Source: Atractiella rhizophila
Taxonomy: Eukaryota
Assembly (NCBI GenBank): GCA_021432655.1
Contig: MU271349.1
Span: forward strand, 3,442-67,441
Direction: 5' to 3'
DNA: 64,000 bases
Shown here: positions 1-12,329 of the stretch, one piece after another
How positions within the stretch are numbered: position 1 is the first letter of the stretch
Layout: each line of letters opens with the position of its first letter
Translations under genes and position numbers: made by a program
Notes under the pieces: generated by a model
What the model saw: only the letters and a program-made list of their open reading frames with translations
Databases searched by the model: none
What the model was told of the DNA's origin: nothing

Positions 1-603
1 CACCTGGAATGCACTCCTCGTACGAGAACCAAAAGTCATTGCACCCTCCACCGTCTCGGCGCCTCCAAACACATTCCTCACCCTTCCCAAAGCCTGCACA
101 CTTCCCTCTCCATCGCCGACGTCAGTTGACGTCTTGAGATACTTCCTCGCCGCCTCCTTCACATGAAACACCACATCCAAGTCCCTCGCGCCCCCCAACC
201 CCGCCTCAGCATGTTCCACCGACGGCGCAATCTGTTCAAAGATGCCAAACCCCTCCAACTTGCTCGTGACGTCCTTCACCGTCCTGAGCACGTCGCGCAA
301 CCGTCCCTGGTCTCCTATCTCCCGATGTTTCCGGAGCGCATCCTCCAACGCCTTCTGCAAGAACGACGCGCGCGTCTTCTCCAGTCCGAGGAAGCGGATG
401 GACGAGAGGTTGTAGCGCTCGTCGAGGTTGGACTGGACGACGGCGCTTAGCGCGCGGCCCAGGCGTTCGCGCTCGCCTGATAGGATGCGCTGCTGCCGGG
501 CGGAGAACCAGTCGTCGTGCTCCTTGGAGGCGGCGGGGGAGAAGGTGATGGGTGGGGAGGAGTCGACGGTTGCAGTCGGCGGCTCGTGGGGAGACAGTGA
601 CAT
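1..603 (-). CDS. SAM50: SAM50/Tob55 mitochondrial outer-membrane beta-barrel assembly protein, N-terminal part (runs off window)
   Basis: Manual translation from ATG at 603 is open to base 1: ...LEGFGIFEQI...LDVVFHVKEAARKYLKTSTDVGDGEGSVQALGRVRNVFGGAETVEG..., matching the Sam50 POTRA-to-barrel motif (KTxTDxGxxEG...RNxFGGAETL). Absent from the ORF track because there is no stop in the window. Confidence 0.85.
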   Translation of the reverse strand, partial: MSLSPHEPPTATVDSSPPITFSPAASKEHDDWFSARQQRILSGERERLGRALSAVVQSNLDERYNLSSIRFLGLEKTRASFLQKALEDALRKHREIGDQGRLRDVLRTVKDVTSKLEGFGIFEQIAPSVEHAEAGLGGARDLDVVFHVKEAARKYLKTSTDVGDGEGSVQALGRVRNVFGGAETVEGAMTFGSRTRSAFQV

Positions 604-809
604 CTGTAGTAGTATTAATGAGAGACAGGCAGAGTGGAGGAGTGACACACGAATATTGCAGCTAATAATGCGCAGATAAATAATTCGTCGTTTTGTCGTT
701 TGCATCTACAGAGTTGGCATTTCGCGCCTTCCATCCAACAACACGAACGCGCTTCCCATCCTCCTTTCACCACAACAATCACTGCTCAAAACACTGGAAC
801 TAAAAAGGA

Positions 810-1807
810 ATGTCGACACTCTCATCATCTCCCTTCTCATCGCCCACCAGCGCCACCTCCTTCTTCTCCTCGCCCCTCGCGACCCACGCAGGCTCCACTT
901 CCACGCGCAAAGACCCAAAACTCTCCCTCCGCCACGCAAACCACGTCTCCCGCCGCTCGTCGTCTCAGCTGTTCGGCGAGTCAGCCATTCAACAGTCCCT
1001 TTCGCGCTCTCCGGCGAGTTTGTCTGAGAACGGCAGTGGCAGTGGCGATTTCGGTGCCTTCTCTTTCTCCATCGGCAGTGGCAGCGCCGCGAAAGACACG
1101 GTTGAGTGGTCAGACCGCTTCCGCCGTCAGTCATTAGAGGCAAGCAGGGCGTCGAGGAGGCAGAAGAAGGAAGAGGAGAGGAAACTCATTTACAAACAGA
1201 GAGGGTTTGAGGATGCACGGGCACCTTTTGAGGGAATGGGGGTGGGAGAAGTGGAGGAGCAGAGGATGAGAGATCGAGCGAGAGAGTGGCAGATTAGGAG
1301 AGACTTGGAAAGATCGGCGCCTGCTTTCTCTAACGAGGCTGGAGTGGAGGAAGAGGGAATGGATGTCGATGGTGCGCTCCCTTCCCTTGTCATTTCGTGA
1401 GGAAGAAGTGTCAACACATTGATGGCACATTGACGGATACAGAAGAACAACCACCACCAGACCTCGAACTAGACTATTCGTTCGAAGAGCCTCCCTCTCC
1501 CTCTCTCCACTCACATTCACACTCCCCTGCACTTCCATCACCACTTCCCTCCGTCTGCCCCGTCTGCCTCTGCCCTCATCTCACGCTCCACAACCTCTCC
1601 CAATCTCTCCTCTGTTCCTCCCCGTCATGTCCTTTCTCTCTCGATCCCGGAGTATGGGGACCCTTCGTGGACAGTTGGCGGCAACACGCTCGGTCGCATG
1701 AGCATGAGGGCGTGCAGGTTGGAGAGCCAGAGTGGATTGCTGACGAACATGTCGGCATCGTCGTCATGTGTTCTGTCGAGGGATGTGAGGAGGAATGGGG
1801 GCTTTAA
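810..1807 (+). CDS. RPA-interacting protein (RPAIN/RIP)-like; exons 810-1371 and 1443-1807
   Basis: Intron GTGCGC(1372)...ACAG(1442) joins two ORFs in frame (MDVD|EEQPPP). N-terminal WSDRFRRQSLEASRASR and C-terminal CPVC...C-x4-C...H-x-H...C-x4-C cluster resemble RPA_interact N and C domains. Confidence 0.6.
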
Positions 1808-4443
1808 AATCTTTCTTCTGAGAGCAGAGCTTCTATGGGTGAGTGAAGGAGTTGCTTGTCTTGCTTGAATTATACACTCTTGAGTATCGCTTCTTGAGTC
1901 TTATTCTCCAGTTTCATGTACTTTATTTTGCTATGCATTCTTAAATCACAAGAGTTCCGTCTCAATATGAATCGACCATCGATGATGGTCCTTTATTTAT
2001 TCAACATTTGGGTATGGAAGGTACACTTTGCTTTGCTTTCTTTCAAGTTTTAGTTGCCAGCATGCTTTCTTTTCCATCCTCGAAGAGGTAAGTTGACGGC
2101 AAGATCATGGAGCGTAAGTGGCGACTCTGTACCTCTTGCACTGCCTTTCCTTACCATCATAAGCGAAATTAGCATGGTCGGATTGTTTGTCGATCTTTCC
2201 CGGGTGAATGCCTCCCTCATGTTCTGCATCACGTCACAACAAACCCAGCACTCCTCAACATCGTTCCAGGGACGAGGAAAGGAAGACGAACCGCAGATAC
2301 AGAGGAAGAGGAACCGTCCATCGCTCTCCCTGCCCCCTTCAACGGGTTGCAATCCCTGTTCCCAGTCGTTCACCGTGATTCGACCTTCTTCAGACTGCCA
2401 TCGAATCTTGTGTTCGTTCCCGACCAGGACTTCGTAATTCTCAAGATGCTTCACGCAGACCATCAGAGGTCGAAGAAAGGACAGTCGGGAGAAGGGGACT
2501 AACGACTTCGTCGCCGCCATACGAGATGTTGGCTCCTTTTCTCAAGTGTCTTCCGCACTTGCCTGCACCACACACACCTTCAGTCAGATGATGGCGAGAG
2601 ACGTAAACAAGCAGACGTACCGGGATGTACCCCTCCTTTGTAATATCCCCTGGCAGCGAACAATGGTTTTCCATCTCGCTCCCTTCCGATCGGGATGCTA
2701 TGCCCCAGTGTTCATCATGAATGTTGGAAGAGAGGTGAAACGGTGACGGACGCGTTATGAGGAATCTCTCCGTGCTCAGCCATGATCCAATAGACTTCCA
2801 TTCCCCTGTTATCCTTCTTGAGTTCTCCACAACGGGCTTGCATATTCTGATGATAAGCATCTTCTGAAGCAGATTTTCTCCATTCCTGCAGATGAATACA
2901 GTTAAACCGTGGAATGAACGGAAAGAGGAATAAGAACAGTCACCTCAGCTTTCGCGCGTTCTTCTTCCTCGTTCTTGTGATGGGAATAAGCCCAACTTCC
3001 CTCCGTCTGCCCCATCTGCCTCTCTCCTCGTCTCACGCTCCACGACCTCTCCCAATCTCTCGTCTGTTCCTCCCCGCCATGTCCTTTCTCTCTCGATCCC
3101 GGAGTATGGGGACCGTTCGTGGACAGTTGGCGGCAACACGCTCGATCACATGAGCATGAAGGCGTGCAGGTTGGAGAGCCAGAGTGGATTGCTGACGAAC
3201 ATGTCGGCATCGTCGTCATGTGTTCTGTCGAGGGATGTGAGGAGGAATGGGGGCTTTAAAATCTTTCTTCTGAGAGCTTATACAGATGAGTGAAGGAGTT
3301 GCTTGTCTTGCTTGAATTATACCGTCTTGGGTATCGCTTCTTGAGTCTTATTCTCCAGTTTCATGTACTTTATTTTGCTATGCATTCTTAAATCACAAGA
3401 GTCCCATCTCAGCATGAATCGACCATCGATGATGGTCCTTTATTTATTCAACATTTGGGTATGGAAGGTACACTTTGCTTTGCTTTTCTTTCAGTTTTAC
3501 TTGCCAGCATGCTTTCTTTCCATCCTCGAAGAGGTAAGTTGACGGCAAGATCACGGAGCGTAAGTGGCGACTCTGTACCTCTTGCACTGCCTTTCCTTAC
3601 CATCATAAGCGAAATTGGCATGGTCAGATTGTTTGTCGATCTTTCCCGGGTGAATGCCTCCCTCATGTTCTGCATCACACCACAACAAACCCGACGGTCC
3701 TCAACATCATTCCAGGAACGAGGAAAGGAAGACGAACCGCAGATACAGAGGAAGAGGAACCGCCCATCGCTCTCCCTGCCCCCTTCAACAGGTTGCAATC
3801 CCTGTTCCCAGTCGTTCACCGTGATTCGGCCTTCTTCAGACTGCCATCGAATCTTGTGTTCGTTCCCGACCAAGACTTCGTAATTCTCAAGGTGCTTCAC
3901 GCAGACAGTCAGAGAGAGTCGAAGAAAGGACAGCTGGGAGAAGGGGACTCACGACTTCGTCTCCGCCGTACGAGATGTTGGCTCCTTTTCTCAAGTGTCT
4001 TCCGCACTTGCCTGCATCATACGCACCTTCAGTCAGATGATGGCGAAAGACGTAAACAAGCAGACGTACCGGGATGTACCCCTCCTTTGTAATATCCCCT
4101 GGCAGCGAACAATGGTTTTCCATCTCGCTCCCTTCCGATCGGGATGCTATGCCCCAGTGTTCATCATGATTGTTGGAAGAGAGGTGAAACGGTGACGGAC
4201 GCGTTATGAGGAATCTCTCCGTGCTCAGCCATGATCCAATAGACTTCCATTCCCCTGTTATCCTTCTTGAGTTCTCCACAACGGGCTTGCATATTCTGAT
4301 GATAAGCATCTTCTGAAGCAGATTTTCTCCATTCCTGCAGATGAATACAGTTAAACCGTGGAATGAACGGAAAGAGGAATAAGAACAGTCACCTCAGCTT
4401 TCGCGCGTTCTTCTTCCTCGTTCTTGTGATGGGAATAAGCCCA
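1543..4443. repeat. Direct tandem duplication, unit ~1.45 kb (1543-2994 and 2995-4443)
   Basis: Near-identical sequence at offset ~1450; the unit holds the 3' end of the RPAIN-like gene and the 3' part of the convergent DM9 gene. Junction gggaataagccca|acttccctccgtc has imperfect microhomology. Confidence 0.95.
2105..3015 (-). CDS. 5'-truncated duplicate of the DM9 lectin gene lacking CBM12; pseudogene or neo-gene
   Basis: Same exons as 3551-4443 with GT/AG sites retained; in-frame ATG at 3015 (MGQTEGS-WAYSHHKNEEE); stop at 2105-2107. Confidence 0.55.
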
Positions 4444-5400
4444 CACTCCTCCACCTGTACATGATCTTGGTTAGATTCTGGTTCACGCAGTGAATCGAAA
4501 TAAACACACCGATAACAGCAGCGCCGGCCAATATGCCCCCTGTTTCCACCCAAGATCAGCCCGAATCCAGTGCAGCATTATCTGTCAAAAGGAGGTAACG
4601 AACCGGCAATTCCAAACTGCTTCTTCCTCTCATCCGTCCAGAAACCTTCATCCTTCTTGTCGTCGTGAGGCTGATCATGAGGCTTCTCTCCACCTTGGAA
4701 GGGATGCTGTCCTCCTTGACCCTGCGGCGGGCCATGGCTTCCATATTGACCTCCCCCACCATATGCTGGGGGACGCTGCTCTCCACCGTGGTGTTGATCG
4801 CCGCCGTGGTGCCCTCCGCCTCCTTCCCCTTTTAGTCGTAGAATGTAAGTATCTAACTGCCTCGTGACAGTCGAAGAAAGACGCACCGTGATCACCGTCC
4901 TGCAATCTTCCCCAGAGTGCCGGTGTCACTGAACACAATCATGTCAGATGGGGGTGGACGAAGCGAAACAAACTGCGAAGGCGAACCAGGAGGTGTCCAG
5001 TCTCCTTGAGACCGATGGGGTTGGATGATCTTGTATCGATGTCCCTCATATTCGACTACGTCGCCGTAGTTGTACTGAGTTCCTGGTTCCTGTTTGCAGA
5101 CGTGATCAATGGGTCTAGACAGTCTGATGGGATGCCGTGCATGATCAAGGGGCAGATCAAAAGGGGTTCAGGACAAGAACCTGAATAGAGCAGTGATTAT
5201 AATGGCAGGTCATTGTCATATTGGCGGGCTGGCGGGTTACCTCTTCTCTATGCTGTCCGTGCTTTCAAACACATCATATCGATGGATGGTCAGATCGACC
5301 GTGATGCCTCCAGATCTGATTGAGGAGAGAACATCCAGCATCTCATCCGCACCACGCTTGTCTTCAAGAGCAACACATCACTCACCCAATATGGTGTCAT
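3551..5400 (-). CDS. CBM12 (chitin-binding type 3) + Gly/His/Gln linker + DM9/DUF3421 repeat protein, multi-exon
   Basis: Spliced: MTPYW|EPGTQYNYGDVVEYEGHRYKIIQPHRSQGDWTPP|VTPALWGR (CBM5/12 pattern), then AIPIGRERDGKPLFAARGYYKGGVHPGKCGRHLRKGANISYGGDEV|HLENYEVLVG and PVEGGRESDGRFLFLCIC|EHEGGIHPGKID...AYDGKERQCKRYRVATYAP* (DM9 repeats). Confidence 0.85.
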
Positions 5401-5939
5401 GATTCCTGTACAGTGTTATGATAGGGCTGAACTATGGTGTCTGAACAATGGTGTCGACGATGACCGGGACCCCTTTTATATGCCAACGCAAGCTCCAAAT
5501 GAGGTAACTAAGATGAAAGCCCCACGTTCATCATCGTCGCCCAAGACAAGACAATATGCAGGACCTTCGGAGCTCGAATATTCGAACACAATCTTAATCA
5601 ACTCCAGCAGGCTGCGCTTCATCGGTGATGTGAAGATTCCGTAAAGCGGAGGAGTCCACCCAAAGCATGGAATTGGTTACTTGATGCATTGATGCTTCGA
5701 AAGTCTCTGGGCAAGCAAACCACTGGACCGTGATAAAACGGGAAGGGGAATTGTAGAGTTTACGTTCGGGCCGAATAAATAAAAGATGAAAATATGGTTC
5801 GGAGTATCATTGTTTTGTTCACCAATGATATAACGAGATTGAGCGAGGATTGTGGAAGCAGATTGTAACAAATAGTAGCAACATATATGACGAACGAGAA
5901 GAAATACAGCAGACGGGATACTGTCGGGCTTCGAGATAG

Positions 5940-8900
5940 CTATCGTCGTCTTGATGGACTTGAGCTCTCAAACTGGAGGTCCTCGTCATCGTCTACAACG
6001 AAAGATCCAACCGAATATTGATCAGTACTCGCATCTTTATCCCCCGGTGTGACGGGAACTGGTCTTCTCGCTAAATGAGCCGCAATATCACCGTGAGCGA
6101 AGGCTCGCCCGCGAAACATGGGCTGGAAACCAGGCACTTGGGTTGCAAGACTTCTCCCTTTAGCAGCATCAGCTCTATGTCCTTAGTGAAAACAAGTCGA
6201 CTTACGATAGATGCTCATCGAACCGTCAGTTACGAGTGACCTATCGATGAACTCCATATCTGAGGAACCTTCATTGACATCCGCTGCATCGTCATCGTCC
6301 GAGCTATGGAGTATTCCAGCATCCACGTCTGAATCCACTGCTTCCATATCCATCATTGCTCTCTCTAGCTTCCTTCTCAACTTCTCCTTCTCCTCCCTCG
6401 TGCGCTTCGGCTTCTGCCGCTGCCTCCCCTTCCCCTTTTCGATGACAGAAACTGCAGCCGGAGAGGAGGGAGAATTACTGCGAGCTTTCCGCAGGCGGAA
6501 CACTTTCACTGCCTCCTGATGGGATGTTTCAGGTGAGGAGTCTGCTCCCTCCACTTCTTCTTGAAGCGGAATCCTCTGCCTCCTATGTGTAATAACAGGC
6601 TGAGAGAGTTCGAAGGATGGTGACTGTGTTTGGAGAGAGTGTATCGATGTCCGGCGAAGGGAAATGACAGGTTGTGAGAAATCGAGGGGAGAATTAATTG
6701 ATTTAACGGAGAGTGGTTGTTGCCCTCGTCCATCAACTGCGGAAAGTGATGTCCTCATCAGTTTTCTGCTGCTCGAGGTCGATGTCGCCGCCAGTCGAGT
6801 GTCACCGCGATCTAGCTGTTGCAGGATTGAGTCGCCAAGATCATCCACGTCGAAATCGTCATCAAAGCCCATCGACCCTTGCGAGAATGTCATATATTTG
6901 CCGTGATTTGGTGTCTTGACAGATCTAGGAACGGAAGGGACCTTGAATACTGGTTGGGGGGAGCCTTTATCAACTTCAATCGGGATCGTGTCTGTAGGTA
7001 CCAAAGGATCCACTGATGCAATTTGTTCAGCGTCAGCAGGTCGGATGGCGGAACCTTGCGCCAGGAATACTTCCTCGATATCCATTGACTCTGGCAGCTT
7101 TCGCTTTTTCCTGCTTTCTGCAGAGTTCTCTAGCGATCGCGAGCGCTTTCTTGCTTTCGAAACAGGAGAAAGGTACACGGACTGTGTAGGGCTGACTGGT
7201 CGGGAGAGTTCGTCGGCTCCCCTAGGCATTGGAGAAGAATCGAAATGGCCAAAGGGGTGAATCCCAGTCATTTGGTCGCGAAATTGGTCTTCCCCAGCCT
7301 CTTCGTCTTCGTCGGGGTCAAGATCCATTGTGAGACCTTTGATTGCGTCGGGAGTTGGAGGGGGGGAGTCGAGGACGATAATGCCATTCCGTCTGACGTC
7401 GTTACGGTGTTCACTGGGAGTCCGACATCGTGAAGGAGAAACTGAGACAGAAAGCAGGGATTTTGATCCACCGAAATCGGGCAGTTCGCAATCCGTCGAC
7501 TCGTCTTTCTCCTGAATTGCAGGCATCTTCTTGAACGGATTGACATATTGCTTGCCAGCATGTTTTCCAAACCCAGAACTACCTTTGCTTCTATCCGCAC
7601 GCCCTGCCGGCTCCTCCTCCTCGTCATCCAAAATGCCCATTCCATCTTTATCCGCATCCGCATCCAAGGGGATTTTCTTCTTCTTCTGCTCTCCGAGGTA
7701 AGGTCTCACATACTTCCATCTTCGCCCTTCCACTCGCTTATGCTTCCTCCTCCTCTCTAACCTCCGCTTCCTCTCCTCTTCATCCTCCTCCCTTTCTTCC
7801 ACATACTCTACAAAGGGTTCAGCTGCATCCCAATGCCCGGCCAAAGCCGCTTTCCAGCTCTCTGCTTTAGTTCCTGGTCCACTCTCCCCAAAAATGCGGC
7901 GTAGGGCTTCAAAGCTCCTCGAATGGTTAGAAATGACGAATGTCCGATTGGAGGCGTCCGTCGACACATCGAACGTTCTCGAGATACGATCGGAAGGTGG
8001 CGGCTTTTTGCCCTTTAGAGGCATGTACCATTTCTCAAACTCCTTCATTTGCTCTTCATTCAGCCTCGGGTCGTCCTCCATCTCAGCTCTCTTTCTCTTC
8101 TTCCCTCCTGACCTCCCCTCCATCTCTTCTAACAACCCCTTCGCGCTCATAAACCCAGTTATGGTTCCCTGTGGTACAGATCTCTTACTGCTCTTCTTCG
8201 CCCCGACTGCCCCCTTAGGAGCCTTCATGCTCTTCGCAGTGACCGTTACCATTGCCGGATCAAATTCACTGGCAACAATAACTTCCTCCTTGAGCTCGGG
8301 CTTGACTTTGTCCGGTATGAGACGCGCAACATCCCCATAGAGTTCAAAGAGTTTGCCTGACGTGATGGCATTTTGGACATGCTGATAGTTGTCCTGTGCT
8401 TTCGCCCAGTTACTTTCATCCCGTCCCTTCGTCATGAGCACCACAATTCGCCCGTCACGCGCACGACCGGTTCGTCCGATTCTTTGAAGCTACCCATCCA
8501 TCAGTCAGTTTTGCTAGAGCAATAAGACAGATAGGAATGAGGAACGCACCATCCTCACAGGCGACTTCTGCGCTTCATAGATGATAATGAGGTCGACTTC
8601 CCCAATATCGAGGCCTTCCTCTCCAATGGACGTGGCGACAAGAGTATTGAATTCACCCCTCCTAAACCTCTTAATCACCTCCTTCTGATCCTTCTGCTTG
8701 ATACCCTCCTTCCCAGACTTATCAGTTCCTTGTCCGACGAATCTCGCCGGTTTCACCAATGGCTTTTGCTTCTCGAGAAGGTCAACAATTTCATCGACAC
8801 AATCCCGGAATTGGGCAAAGACGATGATCTTGGTCTCCTCTGTCGAATTTGCGAGATGATCCAATACCAGCGCGACAAGTTTCTCCATCTTTGGGTGACC

Positions 8901-10524
8901 CGCATAATTAGGATCCTTCACGTATTCCTCCATATCAGTAATAAGCTCTTTGAACTCCTTCTTCCCCGCCATTTCCTTCATCTGCTTCTGGTCACTATTC
9001 TTCCCCTCCAAAAAATGTCCCTTCAGAGTCGCTAACGACATCTTCACGCTCTCATCGCATAAATACCCCATCGCTCTCGCCATGGCTCCAAGGTTTTGGA
9101 GTGGTCGAATGGCTGCTTTCTTGGCTGGGTTAGCGCCACGACCGAAGCAGCCACTTTGCGCTTGTTGAACCGTGAACGGGGCGAGACGTTCAGGATCGCT
9201 TGAGCAATGGAGGATACCGCGACCAAGAAGTGTGTTGAGATCCGGTGACATGAGTGATGAGAGGCGGTTTTTCAAAGAGACGAGTGACGGTGACATGTCG
9301 AGGATCTCTTGATCGATTTGCTTCTTGTGGATGTAAGGACGGATGTCGAGCGATTCATCAGTGCGGATTAGTATCTTGCCGATCTGTGTGTGTAAACTTG
9401 CATGAGTCTACCACTTCGCAGAAAGGAGAGCAACGGGGACAAACATGTAAGTTATCGATGACCGCTTGAACAGCATCTCCGTTACTCCCCGGAGTCGCGC
9501 TCAAAGCCAGCACTCTGAACTTTCCGCCATTCCCATGCATCAACCTCCTCACTATTCCGGTGTAAGCATAGTTTCCTGTAGCTTTATGAGCCTCATCGAC
9601 GACCAAACAGACAACGTTTCTGGGATCTAAAATTCCGTCCTTGAGATCATTCTCTATGGTCTGCGGTGTCGCGAAAAGAACTCTCTTGAAATTGCTAGAA
9701 GTTGGATCGTAACACGTCCTCCTGAGATGAGCGGCCGTCTTCCCCGTTAGCTCCCCACAGTGTTGAGGAGGAATACCAGCGATGGAGAGACAAGCTTCGA
9801 TTTGTTGAGCAACGAGAGGACGGGTAGGCGCGGTGAAAATGACGATTGCGGTTGGAAACCAACGATAGTAGTTCAGCATGAGAGCAGCAGCTACGAATGT
9901 CTTTCCGAGACCAGTCGGGAGGGAGACAAGGGTGTTGTTGAGGATTGCGGCGGCCACGATTGTCTTTTGATAGTCGCGGACCTGGTATTTCGGGTGCGTG
10001 GGGTAGACCAGAGTCTTGATCGCTTCTTCATCTGGAGAGTGTTTGAGAGTCATGGACGGATCAAATGGAGGGAGCGTGATGTCCTTGTCTGGTGGTCCAC
10101 GGTGTAAGGCTCCATCCTCATCCTCTGATGATCCAGCAGACCATTCCGGAGGGTCGGAGAAAGCCATAGCCTTCCCCTTCCCTTTCTGTCTCCCCGTCCA
10201 TTTTCCCTTCCCCTTCTGCGTCCCACTCCCACCCATACTTCCTCCAAACGACTCACTCGCATTCTGAGAAGCAGCAACCTCAGCAGCCTGAGACGCACTC
10301 GGGTTCCATCTTTTGTTCACCACCACATTGACATTCTCCTTTTCTTTCCCACCATCATTCACCTGTGCCCGCGCCCGAGCTTGAGGGAGTAGAGTCTGTC
10401 GTGAGGTACTCGCGGTCGGCTGTAGAGCCTGTTTGGCTTTACGAATGGCCTCCCTCTCCAAGGCTTCCAGGTCTTCGTTTGCAAAATCAACGTCGTCTGA
10501 GAAATCATAGTCTGAAGATCCCAT
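5940..10524 (-). CDS. MPH1: FANCM/Mph1 DEAH-box DNA helicase, multi-exon; start Met uncertain
   Basis: VRDYQKTIV, NTLVSLPTGLGKTF, VVDEAHKATGNYAY, LALSATPG, HPKMEKL, RFVGQG, NTLVATSIGEEGLDIGEVDLII, spliced QRIGRTGR; long disordered C-terminus. Confidence 0.95.
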
Positions 10525-11521
10525 CTCAGCGCGGAGGTCGGTGGCGTCAACGTCAAGGTTTTGTGGTGGTTTCCTTGAGGACAACACATACCACGCGTAC
10601 GACGTAAGAACAATGACTCGACCATGAACCTTCGAGAGCCCAGCAGAAGGAGGAAATGAGGTTTCTATAAAGTAAGTTCTGTTGGGCTGTTGGAGGCAAC
10701 AAGGCGTTATACATCTGTGAGTCTTTCCAGTACTGTATCTTCAAGTCAAGTTGGGACATCATGATTTGCCAGTGCATAATGTCTAGAAGAATTACAATGT
10801 TCTGAACGTCAGTTGCGTCACGGTGTTGTTGTTGGGAGACGAGAATGTAGGAGGAAGTTCAGAAGGTAGATTCAAGCATTCTCATTAACTTCCGCCTTTC
10901 CATGTTGATCATCATTACAACTGGAGGCTCTGAGAAACTTCCAGCAGGCTCAAGATGCAACGTGATTCCTCGTTATGCATAGTGATACACTCGCCCCTCG
11001 TTCCCCGTACCTGCTCAAGGCGTATTGACAACGACGAGCAGAAGGCCGTGGAGAGTCGAGGCTGTGTCTCCCGGTGTTGAAAAGGTGCGAAATAATCACT
11101 CCTAGATCACTTCCAAGTCCAGCTCTGGATATTTGGCACTCCAACGGTGAAAGACGGAATTGCACACCGTACTTGATACCTACTTGGACTCGAGTTGACT
11201 ACTTGAACTTATGACTGGAGGGCTGTGTGTGGCAGGCTGAAAGTGATCCACCGCGGCTGTCGTGCTGAATTCAGGCAATCTTGAACTGGATCACTTCCGT
11301 ACGACGTCACCATTTCTGAACGGTTTTGCAGCGTACAACCGGCAAGCAAATCATACAACTGACTGCAACATATAATTGATCTACGTCTACATCTTCCAAA
11401 TTATGCGTAAGTACTCGGGTTTATTTTCGCAAACTTGAATAGCAACTTTTACTGACCACTAACATCTCAGCACATATACACAATGCGAAAGTTTCAAGAC
11501 AATTGACAATGTAACTACGTA

Positions 11522-12329
11522 TTAGGGATGTCCGTTTAAGTGACCCATGAGCGCCTGCAGTTGAGGAGGGTCGTTTCCTGTATCCAAAAGGCAAGAGGAC
11601 GGGAAGCGTTCCATGAGCAACTGAAACGTTACCTCCTCCATCTGATATGGTGAAGCCAAATCACAAGACGGCATGCTCGGCGGCTGCGTTTGCGTCATGA
11701 AGGTTGGCGAGGCAGGGGACTGAAGCGGTGACATGATTGGAGATGGCGCGGCGAGTGCCCCTGGAAGGTTAAGAAATTGTGATGAAGAGGGAGAAGTGTC
11801 GCTGCTGTGTACTGAAGAATTTGAAGGGCTTGGTGGAGCGAAGAGATATTGTGACCCGACTGGAACTAGTGGCATGCGATAAGACGGGATAGAAGCGTAT
11901 GGGATAGGAGGGACAACAGCGGGGACGTGGGGGAACGAGGGAGTCAACAACTGGATCGGCATGACAGTGTTCCATCCAGCTAGGCAAACAAACATCAGAT
12001 CCATGGTTGAGGTCATTTAGCTTCCACCCCGCGAACTGACCATCATCTTCGCTGGTTGGAGAAATTTTCTGAGGAACCTTGCAAACCTTGGTTGACTTTG
12101 GTGGAGGGAAGACGCAGTTGATTTCTGCCACACTGTGACCTCGTTGTGCCGAGTATCGAATGCAGGATAAGCAGACCTATACCACGAAGTTGACACAGGA
12201 AGGATATTGACGAGCACGAGCAGGATCGCTCACTGGTTTGCCAACGCACTTGATTTTCTGGCATGGCATGAGCAGTTGAGACTGGTTTCAACAAGTGCTT
12301 ACTCTTTCTTTGCAGAAGTAACAGGCCAT
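11522..12329 (-). CDS. Small Zn(II)2Cys6-type protein with Pro/Ser-rich tail (~200 aa, 4 exons)
   Basis: Spliced MACYFCKER|KIKCVGKP|VCLSCIRYSAQRGHSVAEINCVFPPPK...DD|AGWNTVMP via GTAAGC, GTGAGC and GTCAGT introns; TATA-like TTATATAA ~75-80 nt upstream. Confidence 0.7.

Noticed and set aside
163..679. Plus-strand ORFs 163-450 and 428-679
   Set aside because: Antisense shadows of SAM50.
5090..5385. Unusually long (296 nt) first intron of the CBM12-DM9 gene as a snoRNA host
   Set aside because: No convincing box C/D or H/ACA arrangement seen; an Rfam scan is needed.
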